A stretch of 64,000 bases of DNA from Chryseobacterium gleum. Lineage in GTDB: Bacteria > Bacteroidota > Bacteroidia > Flavobacteriales_D > Crocinitomicaceae. A program made the position numbers and the translations under genes. Shown piece by piece: positions 47,901 to 58,209 of the stretch (positions are counted from its first letter, which is position 1; every line of letters starts with the position of its first letter). The notes beneath the pieces are model-generated. The model had not been told where the DNA came from, ran no database searches, and was given only the letters and a program-made list of their open reading frames with translations. The stretch is taken from NCBI GenBank assembly GCA_945897755.1, contig CAMDGH010000002.1, positions 1,767 to 65,766 of the forward strand, written 5' to 3'.

Positions 47901-49187
47901 ATGAGGGTTTTATTATTGGGGTCTGGAGGAAGAGAGCATGCTTTTGCATGGAAAATCGCCCAAAGCTCACAGCTGGAACATTTATTTATCGCTCCAGGAA
48001 ATGCGGGAACACGAGATCATGGTACAAATGTTGCCTTAAATCCCAATGATTTTGATCAAGTTAAGCAATTTGTGATAGAAAATAATGTAAATTTAGTAGT
48101 TGTAGGACCTGAAGATCCATTGGTAAATGGAATCTATGATTTTTTTATCGGTGACGAATTACTTGCTAAAGTGCCTCTAATCGGTCCTTCAAAATTTGCT
48201 GCTCAGCTAGAGGGAAGTAAAGATTTTGCCAAACAATTTATGCAACGTCATAATATTCCAACAGCAAAATACGCTACGTTTACTAAAGAAACACTTGATC
48301 AAGGATTTGTTTTTCTAGAAAAAATGTCTCCCCCATATGTGTTAAAAGCAGATGGATTAGCTGCAGGAAAAGGAGTTTTAATCTTAGATTCTTTGGATGA
48401 AGCAAAAAAAGAATTAAAATCGATGTTGGCTGAAGCCAAGTTTGGTGCTGCTAGTGCTAGTGTCGTAATTGAACAATTCCTTAAAGGAATTGAATTATCT
48501 GTTTTTGTATTAACAGATGGAGAGTCCTATAAGCTTTTACCCGAAGCAAAAGATTACAAGAGAATTGGTGAAGGAGATACTGGACTTAACACCGGAGGAA
48601 TGGGAGCTGTTTCTCCAGTACCTTTTGCGGATAAGACTTTCATGGATAAGATTGAAAACCAGATTATTATACCAACTATAAAAGGAATTAAATCTGAAGG
48701 GATTGTGTATAAAGGTTTTGTATTTTTCGGATTGATTTCTGTAAAAGGAGATCCCTATGTGATTGAATATAACTGTAGAATGGGCGATCCTGAAACCGAA
48801 GTTGTTATTCCTCGAATAAAATCTGATTTATTAGACTTATTTGAAGGGGTTGCAACAAATACGCTTTCCGAAAGAGACATTGAATTTGATGAACGTTCAG
48901 CAACCACTGTAATGATGGTTTCAGGTGGTTATCCAGAAGAATATGAAAAAGGAAAATCTATATTTGGATTAAATTCCGTTAAAGATAGCCTCGTTTTTCA
49001 TGCTGGCACAAGTTATGACGGACCATTAGTTACCTCAGACGGTGGAAGGGTATTAGCAATTACGTCTTATGGCAGAACGATGGATCATGCTTTAACCCGT
49101 TCTTATAATAGTATTTCTAATATTACATTTGATAAAGCTTTTTACAGAAAAGACATTGGCCTAGACCTTGTCCAATTTGTGAAATAA
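47901..49187 (+). CDS. purD: phosphoribosylamine--glycine ligase
   Basis: 428 aa with MRVLLLGSGGREHA, VLKADGLAAGKGV and IEYNCRMGDPE motifs. Confidence 0.96.
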   Translation: MRVLLLGSGGREHAFAWKIAQSSQLEHLFIAPGNAGTRDHGTNVALNPNDFDQVKQFVIENNVNLVVVGPEDPLVNGIYDFFIGDELLAKVPLIGPSKFAAQLEGSKDFAKQFMQRHNIPTAKYATFTKETLDQGFVFLEKMSPPYVLKADGLAAGKGVLILDSLDEAKKELKSMLAEAKFGAASASVVIEQFLKGIELSVFVLTDGESYKLLPEAKDYKRIGEGDTGLNTGGMGAVSPVPFADKTFMDKIENQIIIPTIKGIKSEGIVYKGFVFFGLISVKGDPYVIEYNCRMGDPETEVVIPRIKSDLLDLFEGVATNTLSERDIEFDERSATTVMMVSGGYPEEYEKGKSIFGLNSVKDSLVFHAGTSYDGPLVTSDGGRVLAITSYGRTMDHALTRSYNSISNITFDKAFYRKDIGLDLVQFVK

Positions 49188-49201
49188 CGATTCACTAAGC
49201 C

Positions 49202-50458
49202 ATGGACCCCGACCTAATAGTCATTCTATTTACACTTTTAGTATCTGCATTTTGTTCTGGAGTTGAAATTGCCTTTGTATCTTCCAGTAGATTAAAAATA
49301 GAACTTTTGAAAAATCAAGGTTCTTTTACAGGGAAAATATTAGGGTTCTTATACAAGAAAGAGGGCCACTTTATTGCGACATTATTACTTGGAAATAATA
49401 TAGCACTTGTACTTTTTGGAATGAGTGCAGCAAAAATTTTAGACCCCTTTATTAGTGCATGGGGAGTTCAAGGAGAGGTATGGAATTTACTTATAAAAAC
49501 CATACTATCTACTTTACTTGTCTTAATAACAGCAGAGTTTTTACCCAAGGCGATTTTTCAATTAAATCCAAATGGATTAATGAAATCGTTTTCATTTCCT
49601 TCGATTGTTTTTTATTGGATCTTATTTATCCCTACTTCATTAATCATGTTTATTAGTTTATCTTTTTTAAAACTAATGAAAGTTCAAATAATAAATTCTG
49701 AAAAAGTATTTTCTAAAGTCGACCTAGAGCATTACGTTCAAGATATTAATGATCGGATTAAAGAAGAAGAGTATTTTGGAAATGAGATTCAAATTATTCA
49801 AAATGCCTTGGATTTTTCGAAAATAAAAGCGCGTGACTGTATGGTTCCTCGCCCAGAAATTATTGCATTAAATTTAAATACTGAAATCATTGAATTACAT
49901 GCTTTATTTGTTCAAACAGGAATCTCAAAGATTTTAATTTTTAAAGATTCAATAGATAATATAATCGGATATGTTCATTCCTTTGAATTATTTAGAAAAC
50001 CAACATCAATATCAAAAATAATGAGGCCAATTCCTTTTGTGCCCGAATCGATGCCGGGGAAAGAATTGTTAGAATTATTTACATCTAAATCAGATAGTAT
50101 TGCGGTAGTTGTTGATGAGTACGGAGGTACTTCTGGCGTAATAACGATTGAAGATGTAATAGAAGAAATTTTTGGTGATATTGAAGATGAACACGATGTT
50201 GATGATTGGATTGAAGAACAAATTTCGGAAAAAGAATTCCGTTTTTCTGCCAGAGCAGAAATTGATTATTTAAATGAAACATTTAAATTAGGCCTTAAGG
50301 AGTCGGAATCTTATGAAACACTAGGAGGCTTAATAATTCATGAATTGGAATCAATTCCAGAAACGGGAGACGAACTAAAAATTGAAAATATTCGTTTTAT
50401 CATTGAAGATGTTTCGGGAAGAAGAATTGAAGTAGTTAGACTTCAATTGGAAGATTAA
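49202..50458 (+). CDS. CNNM/DUF21-CBS-CorC_HlyC family membrane protein (hemolysin-family)
   Basis: 418 aa. N-terminal 4-TM DUF21, CBS pair (ARDCMVPR...), and a C-terminal CorC/HlyC transporter-associated domain. Confidence 0.8.
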   Translation: MDPDLIVILFTLLVSAFCSGVEIAFVSSSRLKIELLKNQGSFTGKILGFLYKKEGHFIATLLLGNNIALVLFGMSAAKILDPFISAWGVQGEVWNLLIKTILSTLLVLITAEFLPKAIFQLNPNGLMKSFSFPSIVFYWILFIPTSLIMFISLSFLKLMKVQIINSEKVFSKVDLEHYVQDINDRIKEEEYFGNEIQIIQNALDFSKIKARDCMVPRPEIIALNLNTEIIELHALFVQTGISKILIFKDSIDNIIGYVHSFELFRKPTSISKIMRPIPFVPESMPGKELLELFTSKSDSIAVVVDEYGGTSGVITIEDVIEEIFGDIEDEHDVDDWIEEQISEKEFRFSARAEIDYLNETFKLGLKESESYETLGGLIIHELESIPETGDELKIENIRFIIEDVSGRRIEVVRLQLED

Positions 50459-50555
50459 TTTTTTTTGTCGACGTTGTTAACATGAAAGGGGTTATTTATT
50501 CACTTTTTTTTGTTAAAAAATTCACAAATTCACAAACTAAATCCTTTTTTTGAAC

Positions 50556-50563
50556 TAAATTTG
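50556..50563 (+). promoter_or_regulatory. candidate -7 promoter box (TAnnTTTG) for the purH-mre operon
   Basis: TAAATTTG lies 24 nt upstream of the purH ATG (50588). Confidence 0.4.
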
Positions 50564-50587
50564 TTTATAATTTTACTCTTTATTTAA

Positions 50588-52123
50588 ATGAGTTCATCAA
50601 AAAGTATTAAAAGCGCATTAATATCAGTCTTTGACAAAACAGGATTAGCACCTATTGTTCATCGTTTAAATGAATTAGGAGTTACTTTGTATTCTACAGG
50701 TGGTACTCAAACCTTTCTAGAAGATTTAGGCATTCCTGTTGAAAGAGTAGAAGACTTAACCTCATATCCTTCTATTCTAGGAGGTAGAGTAAAAACACTT
50801 CATCCTAAAGTATTCGGTGGAATTTTAAATCGAAGAAATCATACAGAAGATCAAGACCAAATAGCAACCTATGAAATACCTTCGATTGACTTGGTTATTG
50901 TAGATTTATATCCTTTTGAAGAAACTGTATTTTCAGGTGCATCTCATGATGAAATAATAGAAAAAATAGACATTGGAGGTATTTCCTTAATTAGAGCAGC
51001 AGCAAAAAATTACGAGGATGTTGTAATCATTCCTTCTAAAGATCAATACGAAGGATTTTTAACCATTTTAAATGCAACTAAAACAGGAGAAAGTACATTA
51101 GAGCAACGCAGGTCATTTTCTTCCGATGCTTTTAGAGTTTCTTCCCATTATGATACTCAAATTTTCCGATATTTTAATTCTGAAGATCAAAAAATTACTT
51201 TCAATGAAAGCATTCATTCTGCGATGCCCTTACGTTATGGAGAAAACCCACATCAAAAAGGTTTTTTTCACGGAAATTTGAATGAAATTTTCACTAAAAT
51301 ACACGGGAAAGAACTGTCTTACAATAATTTATTAGATGTTGATGCAGCTGTTAAACTTATCAGTGAATTTAAAAATGACGGTCCAACATTTGCTATACTT
51401 AAACACAATAATGCGTGTGGTATTTCAACACGGCCAACAGTAAAGGAAGCCTATTTAGCTGCTTTAGCTGGGGATTCAGTTTCTGCGTTTGGAGGCATTT
51501 TAATTTCAAATGTTGAAATTGATTTTGAAACAGCAACTTTAATCAATGAGTTATTTTGTGAAGTTGTAATTGCGCCCGATTTTTCAGAAAAAGGCCTAAG
51601 TATATTAACCACTAAAAAAAATCGTGTCTTGTTAAAACAACATGTTTTGATCTTACCAAAAAAACAATTTAGAACAATATTAAATGGTGTTTTAGAACAA
51701 GACAACGACTTGATTACGGAAACAGCTACTGATTTTAATACCATTACAAAAGTAGTGCCCTCTGTTAATGAAATAGAAGATATGGTTTTCGCTAATAAAA
51801 TTGCGAAACACACGAAATCGAATACGATTGTATTGGCAAAAAATAAACAGTTATTAGCAAGTGGTACTGGTCAAACTTCAAGAGTTGATGCCTTGCTTCA
51901 CGCGATTCATAAAGCTTCATCATTCAATTTTGACCTCAAAGGTGCCGTTATGGCATCTGATGCTTTTTTCCCATTTCCTGATTGTGTTGAAATTGCTCAC
52001 AATGCTGGAATTACTGCTGTTGTTCAGCCTGGAGGATCTATTAAAGACGAGTTGTCTATCGCATACTGTGATGCACATGGTTTAGCAATGGTGATGACTG
52101 GAAATAGACATTTTAAACATTAA
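50588..52123 (+). CDS. purH: bifunctional AICAR transformylase / IMP cyclohydrolase
   Basis: 511 aa with ALISVFDKTGL, STGGT, GRVKTLHP, LKHNNACG and QPGGSIKD motifs. Confidence 0.97.
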   Translation: MSSSKSIKSALISVFDKTGLAPIVHRLNELGVTLYSTGGTQTFLEDLGIPVERVEDLTSYPSILGGRVKTLHPKVFGGILNRRNHTEDQDQIATYEIPSIDLVIVDLYPFEETVFSGASHDEIIEKIDIGGISLIRAAAKNYEDVVIIPSKDQYEGFLTILNATKTGESTLEQRRSFSSDAFRVSSHYDTQIFRYFNSEDQKITFNESIHSAMPLRYGENPHQKGFFHGNLNEIFTKIHGKELSYNNLLDVDAAVKLISEFKNDGPTFAILKHNNACGISTRPTVKEAYLAALAGDSVSAFGGILISNVEIDFETATLINELFCEVVIAPDFSEKGLSILTTKKNRVLLKQHVLILPKKQFRTILNGVLEQDNDLITETATDFNTITKVVPSVNEIEDMVFANKIAKHTKSNTIVLAKNKQLLASGTGQTSRVDALLHAIHKASSFNFDLKGAVMASDAFFPFPDCVEIAHNAGITAVVQPGGSIKDELSIAYCDAHGLAMVMTGNRHFKH

Positions 52124-52170
52124 ATAAACAATCTAATAAAAGACTTCAAAAAGAAGCGTCATTAATAAAA

Positions 52171-53196
52171 ATGGGATTATTTAGTTTTTTAACACAAGAA
52201 ATAGCGATTGACTTAGGTACTGCGAATACGCTAATTATTATGAACGATAAGGTGGTGGTTGATGAACCATCTATTGTTGCAAGGGATATTCAAACAGGAA
52301 ATATTGTTGCAATTGGAAAGCGTGCACAACAAATGCATGGTAAAACACATAAGTTAATTGAAACAGTTCGCCCATTAAAAGATGGTGTTATCGCCGACTT
52401 TCAAAGTGCGGAATCTATGATTCGGGGCATGATTAAAATGATTAATCAACGAAAAACTTTCTTCACTCCTACCTTAAGAATGGTTGTGTGTATTCCTTCT
52501 GGAATTACGGAAGTAGAAAAACGTGCTGTTCGTGATTCATGCGAGCATGCTGGAGCAAAAGAGGTATATCTAATTCATGAGCCAATGGCTGCTGCTATTG
52601 GAATTGGAATCGATGTTGAAGAACCGATGGGTAATATGATTATTGATATAGGAGGTGGAACTTCTGAGATTGCAGTAATTGCATTAGGAGGTATTGTTTG
52701 TGATAAGTCAATACGTGTAGCAGGGGATGACTTCACTCAAGATATTGAAGAGTATATGCGTCGTCAACACAACATTTTGATTGGTGAACGTACGGCAGAA
52801 TTATTAAAAATTGAAGTTGGCGCTGCTATCTCTGAATTAGAAAATCCACCGCCTGACTTTGCTGTTAGAGGGCGTGATTTAATGACAGGTATTCCAAAAG
52901 AAATTATTGTTTCATATAAGGAAGTAGCTCATGCTTTAGATAAAACAATCTCCAAAATAGAGGAGGCAATTTTAAGTGCCTTAGAGATGACTCCCCCGGA
53001 GTTATCAGCAGATATTTATAAAACTGGGATTTATTTAGCTGGTGGTGGATCTATGTTGAGGGGTTTAGATAAGCGAATTTCTCAAAAAACAAAACTGCCG
53101 GTTCATATTGCTGAAGATCCCTTAAGGGCCGTTGCTAGAGGAACTAGTATTGCTCTTAAAAATATCGATAGATATCAATTTTTAATTAAGGATTAG
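52171..53196 (+). CDS. mreB: rod shape-determining protein MreB
   Basis: 341 aa actin-like ATPase with IAIDLGTANT, DIGGGTSEIAV and LAGGGSMLRGLD motifs. Confidence 0.97.
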   Translation: MGLFSFLTQEIAIDLGTANTLIIMNDKVVVDEPSIVARDIQTGNIVAIGKRAQQMHGKTHKLIETVRPLKDGVIADFQSAESMIRGMIKMINQRKTFFTPTLRMVVCIPSGITEVEKRAVRDSCEHAGAKEVYLIHEPMAAAIGIGIDVEEPMGNMIIDIGGGTSEIAVIALGGIVCDKSIRVAGDDFTQDIEEYMRRQHNILIGERTAELLKIEVGAAISELENPPPDFAVRGRDLMTGIPKEIIVSYKEVAHALDKTISKIEEAILSALEMTPPELSADIYKTGIYLAGGGSMLRGLDKRISQKTKLPVHIAEDPLRAVARGTSIALKNIDRYQFLIKD

Positions 53197-53234
53197 TAAA
53201 AATTTCTTTAAAAGAATTTTTAATTTTATAATTT

Positions 53235-54068
53235 ATGCGTAATCTGATTTCTTTTTTTCGTCGATTTCGGGTTTTTATATTTTTTATTATTCTTCAATTA
53301 ATTTCACTTTCTACTTATTTTTCTTACTTAAATTATCCAAGATCAACATATTTAACTACAGCTTCTTCAGTTGCTGGTAATTATTATTCTTTTCAAAATG
53401 AAATTACTAAACATTTAAATCTTTCTTACAATAATCAACGTCTATTAAAAGAAAATAATAGCTTAAGAAGAAAAATGATTGAAACTTTTGTGCCTCTAGA
53501 AAAACAAATCGTAAAGATAAATGATACAATTCATGAGCAGCAATATTCATATTTAGAGGCTATGATCGTTAATTCCTCAGTCACAAGAAAAAATAATTAT
53601 TTTACATTGAATGCTGGATGGAGAATGGGCCTTAAAAGAGGATTGGGTGTATTTTCTGCGAATGGAGTTGTTGGTATCATTCACAATGTGAGCGAACATT
53701 TTTCAGTTGTTAAAACAGTATTGTCGGACAACATAAATATTGATATTATGGTTGAGAAAACAGGCGTATATGGTATGTTGAAATGGAATGCTAAAAATGC
53801 AAGTATTGGATCTATGGCAAATATTTCAAATGATTTAGTCGTTAAAAAATGGTCTAAAATTGTGACTAGAGGTGGCTCAGGCATTTTTCCAAGAGGAATT
53901 CCTGTGGGTAAAATTATTTCTATAGGGTCAGTTGAGGGTCAGCCAATTTGGGATATTTCAATCAAATTTTCTGAAGACTATAGAAAGTTACAATATGTTT
54001 ATATTGTGAAAAATTTATTAATTGAGGAAAAGAAAAATATCGAGTCCACAATTCCAGAAGAAGAATGA
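53235..54068 (+). CDS. mreC: rod shape-determining protein MreC
   Basis: 277 aa. N-terminal TM, coiled coil (LLKENNSLRRK), beta-rich C-terminal domain. Position between mreB and mreD. Confidence 0.85.
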   Translation: MRNLISFFRRFRVFIFFIILQLISLSTYFSYLNYPRSTYLTTASSVAGNYYSFQNEITKHLNLSYNNQRLLKENNSLRRKMIETFVPLEKQIVKINDTIHEQQYSYLEAMIVNSSVTRKNNYFTLNAGWRMGLKRGLGVFSANGVVGIIHNVSEHFSVVKTVLSDNINIDIMVEKTGVYGMLKWNAKNASIGSMANISNDLVVKKWSKIVTRGGSGIFPRGIPVGKIISIGSVEGQPIWDISIKFSEDYRKLQYVYIVKNLLIEEKKNIESTIPEEE

Positions 54069-54580
54069 TTCAAATTATAAAACAGAGCATCCGATTTATT
54101 GTATTTCTATTGGTGCAATTATGCGTTTTAAATAATTTAGAAATAGGTCTAGGTATTCAGTTTATGATTTACCCTTTATTTATTTTCATGCTGCCGCTAG
54201 AGTTGAATATTTTTGTCATTATGTTAATTAGTTTTCTTTTAGGTTACATCATTGATTTATTTTCAAATACGTATGGACTTCATGCTTCTGCAGCGGTATT
54301 CTTAGCTTATATTAGACCATATCTGTTGAATGTCTTTGAACCAAGAGATGGCTATGGAGTTAATGCCAACCTTGCTATTAATTCAATGGGTTTAAGTTGG
54401 TTCTTGTATGTTTTTGGTTTGTTTTTATCAATACATTTTTCTTGGTTTTTCATAATGGAACAATTCAATTTTAATGATTTTTGGTTTCTCATTATGAAGG
54501 TGTTTTTAAGCGCTTTATCATCTATCAGTTTGTGTATTGTAATTCAATACACATTCTTAAATAAGTCTGATTCTCGATGA
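54065..54580 (+). CDS. mreD: rod shape-determining protein MreD
   Basis: 171 aa polytopic membrane protein with 4-nt overlaps to both mreC and mrdA. The call rests mainly on position. Confidence 0.65.
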   Translation: MIQIIKQSIRFIVFLLVQLCVLNNLEIGLGIQFMIYPLFIFMLPLELNIFVIMLISFLLGYIIDLFSNTYGLHASAAVFLAYIRPYLLNVFEPRDGYGVNANLAINSMGLSWFLYVFGLFLSIHFSWFFIMEQFNFNDFWFLIMKVFLSALSSISLCIVIQYTFLNKSDSR

Positions 54581-56490
54581 ATTTTGACGGTAGAAAGTAT
54601 GTAATTATTGTTTTTATCCTTCTAGTAGGTTTTATCTATTCGATTCGATTGTTTTACATGCAAATAATTGATGAAAGTTGGTCGCTTAGAGCTCAAATGA
54701 TAGCTGAAAAAAGAAAGCAAATTTCACCACCTAGGGGTGTAGTTTTTGATCGGAATGGTAAAAAAATAGTTTCTAATAAAACGTACTTTAATTTAATGAT
54801 GATTGAAGAAAAAATCACCAAATTGGATACTGCTGATTTAGCTAAATTACTCGGTTGGACTGTCATTGAAGTTAAGTCTCGATTTTGGGAAATAAAAAAG
54901 GGGGAAGGTCTTTATTATAATAGGAACAACGGTAAAACTACTTCAAACTATCAGAAAATGCGAGCTTATCCTTTCGTAAAAGAGATGGATATGGAGCAAA
55001 TGTCTAAAATAGCACCTTATTTAATTAATTTTCCCGGTTTTTATGAGGAAGCTACGAGTATGCGAAATTACCCCTATGCTAACGGAGCTAATATATTAGG
55101 TTATCTTTCAGAAGTTAACCCAGATGAAATTAAAATGGACCGATTCTATAAAGCGTCAGATAATATTGGAAGATCTGGATTAGAAAAGTTTTATGAAACT
55201 GATCTTAGAGGGATAAAAGGAATTCATTATGTTGTTACATCTGCTTTAAACAATGCGATTGAACCCTTTAATGGCGGTAAGTATGATACAATTGCCCGTC
55301 AAGGCCCTCCGTTAAAATTAGGAATTGATATCAATCTTCAAGCATATGGTGAAAATTTGTTGCAAAACAAAAAAGGGTGTATCGTTGCTATTGAGCCGAG
55401 TAGTGGCGAAATTATTGCAATGATTTCAGCTCCTTCTTTTGACCCTAATCTTTTAGTAGGAAGAAAAAACATCACCAAAAATTACCCTAAATTGGTATCC
55501 GATAAAAGAATGCCTTTGTATCCCAGACCATTATCAGCAGAGTATCCTCCAGGATCTACATTTAAATTGATTCAAGCATTAGTAGGTATGCAAGAAGGGC
55601 TTATAAATGAAAAAACAAGTTTTCCATGTACTAAAAGCATGGTAGGATGCCATAATCATCCAACTGCAACATCTATTACAAAGGCAATTCAATACTCTTG
55701 TAATCCTTATTTTTATTATACCGTTCGAAAAATTATTCAACAAAATAGAAGAAAGAAACCAGCTGAAGATGCTGCTATAGGATTAAATAAATGGGCTAAG
55801 TACATGCATAGTTTTGGCTTTGGCTTAGCATTAGAAACAGATATTACTGGAGTTAAGTCAGGATTAGTTCCAAACTCAGCTTACTATAATCATTGGTATG
55901 GTAAAAATAACTGGTCATTTAATACAATTAGGTCTATCTCAATTGGCCAAGGTGAAGTTAAAGCAACTCCACTACAATTAGCTAACTTAGCTGCTATTAT
56001 AGCGAATAGAGGATGGTACTATGTGCCCCATTTTGTAAAATCTATTGGAAAAACAGGTCCAAGGGAAATTTATACTCGAAAAAGATACACGCTTGTTGAC
56101 AGGAAGTATTTTGAACCTGTAGTTGAAGGTATGAGAAGAGTGGTTAATGAAAGTGGGGGTACTGGATCTCAAGGTCGTTTTGAAGATGTAATTGTTTGTG
56201 GTAAAACAGGTACTGTTCAAAATCCACATGGAAAAGATCATTCCGTTTTTATAGCTTTTGCTCCAAAAGATAATCCGAAAATTGCTATTGCTGTATTTAT
56301 TGAAAATGCTGGTTTTGGAGGAGCTGTTGCTGCTCCGATAGCAAGTTTAATGATGGAAAAATATATTTATAAAAAAATAAGGAATAAGAAAAAGGAAACT
56401 AAATTGATCAAACAAAACCTAGATGTATTAGAATTAAAAAAGAATAACACTAATTTTTCAACGAATCAAGACACAACCTTAACTAGATGA
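54577..56490 (+). CDS. mrdA: penicillin-binding protein 2 (elongasome transpeptidase)
   Basis: 637 aa with N-terminal TM and transpeptidase motifs STFK (GSTFKL), SCN and KTGT. Confidence 0.93.
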   Translation: MNFDGRKYVIIVFILLVGFIYSIRLFYMQIIDESWSLRAQMIAEKRKQISPPRGVVFDRNGKKIVSNKTYFNLMMIEEKITKLDTADLAKLLGWTVIEVKSRFWEIKKGEGLYYNRNNGKTTSNYQKMRAYPFVKEMDMEQMSKIAPYLINFPGFYEEATSMRNYPYANGANILGYLSEVNPDEIKMDRFYKASDNIGRSGLEKFYETDLRGIKGIHYVVTSALNNAIEPFNGGKYDTIARQGPPLKLGIDINLQAYGENLLQNKKGCIVAIEPSSGEIIAMISAPSFDPNLLVGRKNITKNYPKLVSDKRMPLYPRPLSAEYPPGSTFKLIQALVGMQEGLINEKTSFPCTKSMVGCHNHPTATSITKAIQYSCNPYFYYTVRKIIQQNRRKKPAEDAAIGLNKWAKYMHSFGFGLALETDITGVKSGLVPNSAYYNHWYGKNNWSFNTIRSISIGQGEVKATPLQLANLAAIIANRGWYYVPHFVKSIGKTGPREIYTRKRYTLVDRKYFEPVVEGMRRVVNESGGTGSQGRFEDVIVCGKTGTVQNPHGKDHSVFIAFAPKDNPKIAIAVFIENAGFGGAVAAPIASLMMEKYIYKKIRNKKKETKLIKQNLDVLELKKNNTNFSTNQDTTLTR

Positions 56491-57884
56491 ATAGAAAAGA
56501 TTCCATAGTATCAAATGTTGATTGGGGATTATTAATTGTGTTTTTAATCATGATTATCATCGGAGTTGCTAATATATATTCTGCAGCATTTAATCCAAAG
56601 CATCCTGGTTTATTTGATTTTTCTCAAAAATATGGTAAACAATTTCTTTGGGTTGGTATTTCTTTTTTTCTAGGATTAATTGTTTTTTTAATTGATGCTT
56701 CAATTTATAAACGTTTCGCGATTCCGATTTATTTAGTTTGTTTAGTATTACTTGTCATTGTTTTATTTATGCCCAGTGTAAATGGAGCTAGAGCTTGGTT
56801 AGGTGTTGGCTCTATGGGTGTGCAGCCTGCTGAATTTGCTAAAATTGGAACAAGTATTGCCTTAGCTAGTTATATAAGTAGTATTGATGTAAGACAACAA
56901 AATATAAATACAGTTATCATTGCCAATGTAATTTTGTTAGTTCCAATGGTTTTGATCTTATTGCAGCCAGATGCGGGTACTTTTGTTGTTTTCACTTCTT
57001 TTTTATTTGTAATGTATCGTGAAGGAATTACCTATGACCCGATCGTATTGAGGTTAATTAATTTATTTCCAAGCGTAAAATTTAAACGTACTTGGGTTGG
57101 GTCGCACTTTATTCCAATCTTTTTTATAGTCGTTTTCATCTCCTTAATAACGATGCTTATGAGTAATAATATCATCACATTTTCATTGTTTCCTTCGTTA
57201 AAAATACCAGGATTTTTCGGTATTGTATTGGGATTATTTATGTTAACTCTATTTTCCTATTTCTTGTTACGTTGGTATTCTTCTAAAAGAGAAAGACCTC
57301 GTATTAACTTAATTTTAATCATTGGATTTTTATTATGTACGATGATATCTTCAATTGTAAATTTTGGATTTCAAGGTTTACGCAATCACCAAAAAGATCG
57401 TATTGAATTATTTTTGGGACTTAGAGAAGATCCCGATGGTGAAGATTATAATCGGAATAGAGCTATGGCAGCTGTAGGGTCTGGGGGTTTAGCTGGGAAG
57501 GGCTATAATAATGCAAGTGTAGCAAGTGTTGAGTCGAATCATGTTCCAGAAAGTGAAACAGATTTTATTTTCTGTCCACTCTCTGAAGAATGGGGCTTTA
57601 TTGGTAGTTTTTTCATTGTGCTTTTATTTATGTTTATGCTTATTCGAATTATCATAATCGCGGAAAGACAAAAATCGAGATTTACAAGAATTTATGCTTA
57701 TTCTGTTGCAATGATTATATTTTACCATTTTGCTGTAAACATCGGAATGAATATCGGTTTTGCACCAGTAATTGGTATACCGCTGCCTTTATTTAGTTAT
57801 GGCGGTTCTTCAATGATGTCATTTTCGGTTATGATATTTATCCTTTTAAAATTAGATAGTCAACGAAATGAGGTTTTTGGATAA
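56487..57884 (+). CDS. rodA: rod shape-determining protein RodA (SEDS glycosyltransferase), long form
   Basis: 465 aa with QPAEFAK, LQPDAGT, ESETDFIF and PLPLFSYGGSS SEDS motifs. Extra hydrophobic segment between PDAGT and HQKDRI. Confidence 0.9.
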   Translation: MNRKDSIVSNVDWGLLIVFLIMIIIGVANIYSAAFNPKHPGLFDFSQKYGKQFLWVGISFFLGLIVFLIDASIYKRFAIPIYLVCLVLLVIVLFMPSVNGARAWLGVGSMGVQPAEFAKIGTSIALASYISSIDVRQQNINTVIIANVILLVPMVLILLQPDAGTFVVFTSFLFVMYREGITYDPIVLRLINLFPSVKFKRTWVGSHFIPIFFIVVFISLITMLMSNNIITFSLFPSLKIPGFFGIVLGLFMLTLFSYFLLRWYSSKRERPRINLILIIGFLLCTMISSIVNFGFQGLRNHQKDRIELFLGLREDPDGEDYNRNRAMAAVGSGGLAGKGYNNASVASVESNHVPESETDFIFCPLSEEWGFIGSFFIVLLFMFMLIRIIIIAERQKSRFTRIYAYSVAMIIFYHFAVNIGMNIGFAPVIGIPLPLFSYGGSSMMSFSVMIFILLKLDSQRNEVFG

Positions 57885-57962
57885 GTAATTGTTATTTTTT
57901 TCAGATTAGTTGATTTTTTCAAGATATTTTACTTAATTTGTAACTATATTAAAACACACACC

Positions 57963-58151
57963 ATGAGTTCAACAATTATATTCCTTACGATTGCGAAGTT
58001 ATTTCAACCAATCTTTTTTTTCTATGAGTTTATTCAAAATAAATTTAATTATTCATTAATTATGTTAGGTTTTATAGGTCTTTTTTATTGGCTGAATTAC
58101 CAACATAAGTTTAATAAATCGGCATTAAATAATCCAAATCAGATTAAATAA
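57963..58151 (+). CDS. small hypothetical membrane protein
   Basis: 62 aa with two hydrophobic helices, followed by a hairpin plus T-run. Confidence 0.45.
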   Translation: MSSTIIFLTIAKLFQPIFFFYEFIQNKFNYSLIMLGFIGLFYWLNYQHKFNKSALNNPNQIK

Positions 58152-58174
58152 TATTTTTTTTAATGTTTTAATAG

Positions 58175-58199
58175 AGGTTGCTTTTGGCAGCCTTTTTTT
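58175..58199 (+). terminator. rho-independent terminator
   Basis: AGGTTGC-TTTTG-GCAGCCT hairpin (one G-U pair) followed by T7. Confidence 0.55.
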
Positions 58200-58209
58200 A
58201 TTTTTTATA

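Noticed and set aside
49202-50458. Calling the CNNM/CBS/CorC_HlyC protein GldE (gliding motility)
   Set aside because: GldE belongs to this family, but no gldD or other gld gene is adjacent (the neighbours are purD and purH), and family membership alone cannot distinguish GldE from generic CorC/TlyC paralogues.
50459-50587. Possible ZTP (pfl) or purine riboswitch upstream of purH
   Set aside because: The region is AT-rich and lacks the GC-rich conserved cores of ZTP riboswitches (GGGTCGTGAC / CCGCCTGGGC-like) or purine riboswitches. Only short repeats and a promoter-like box are present.
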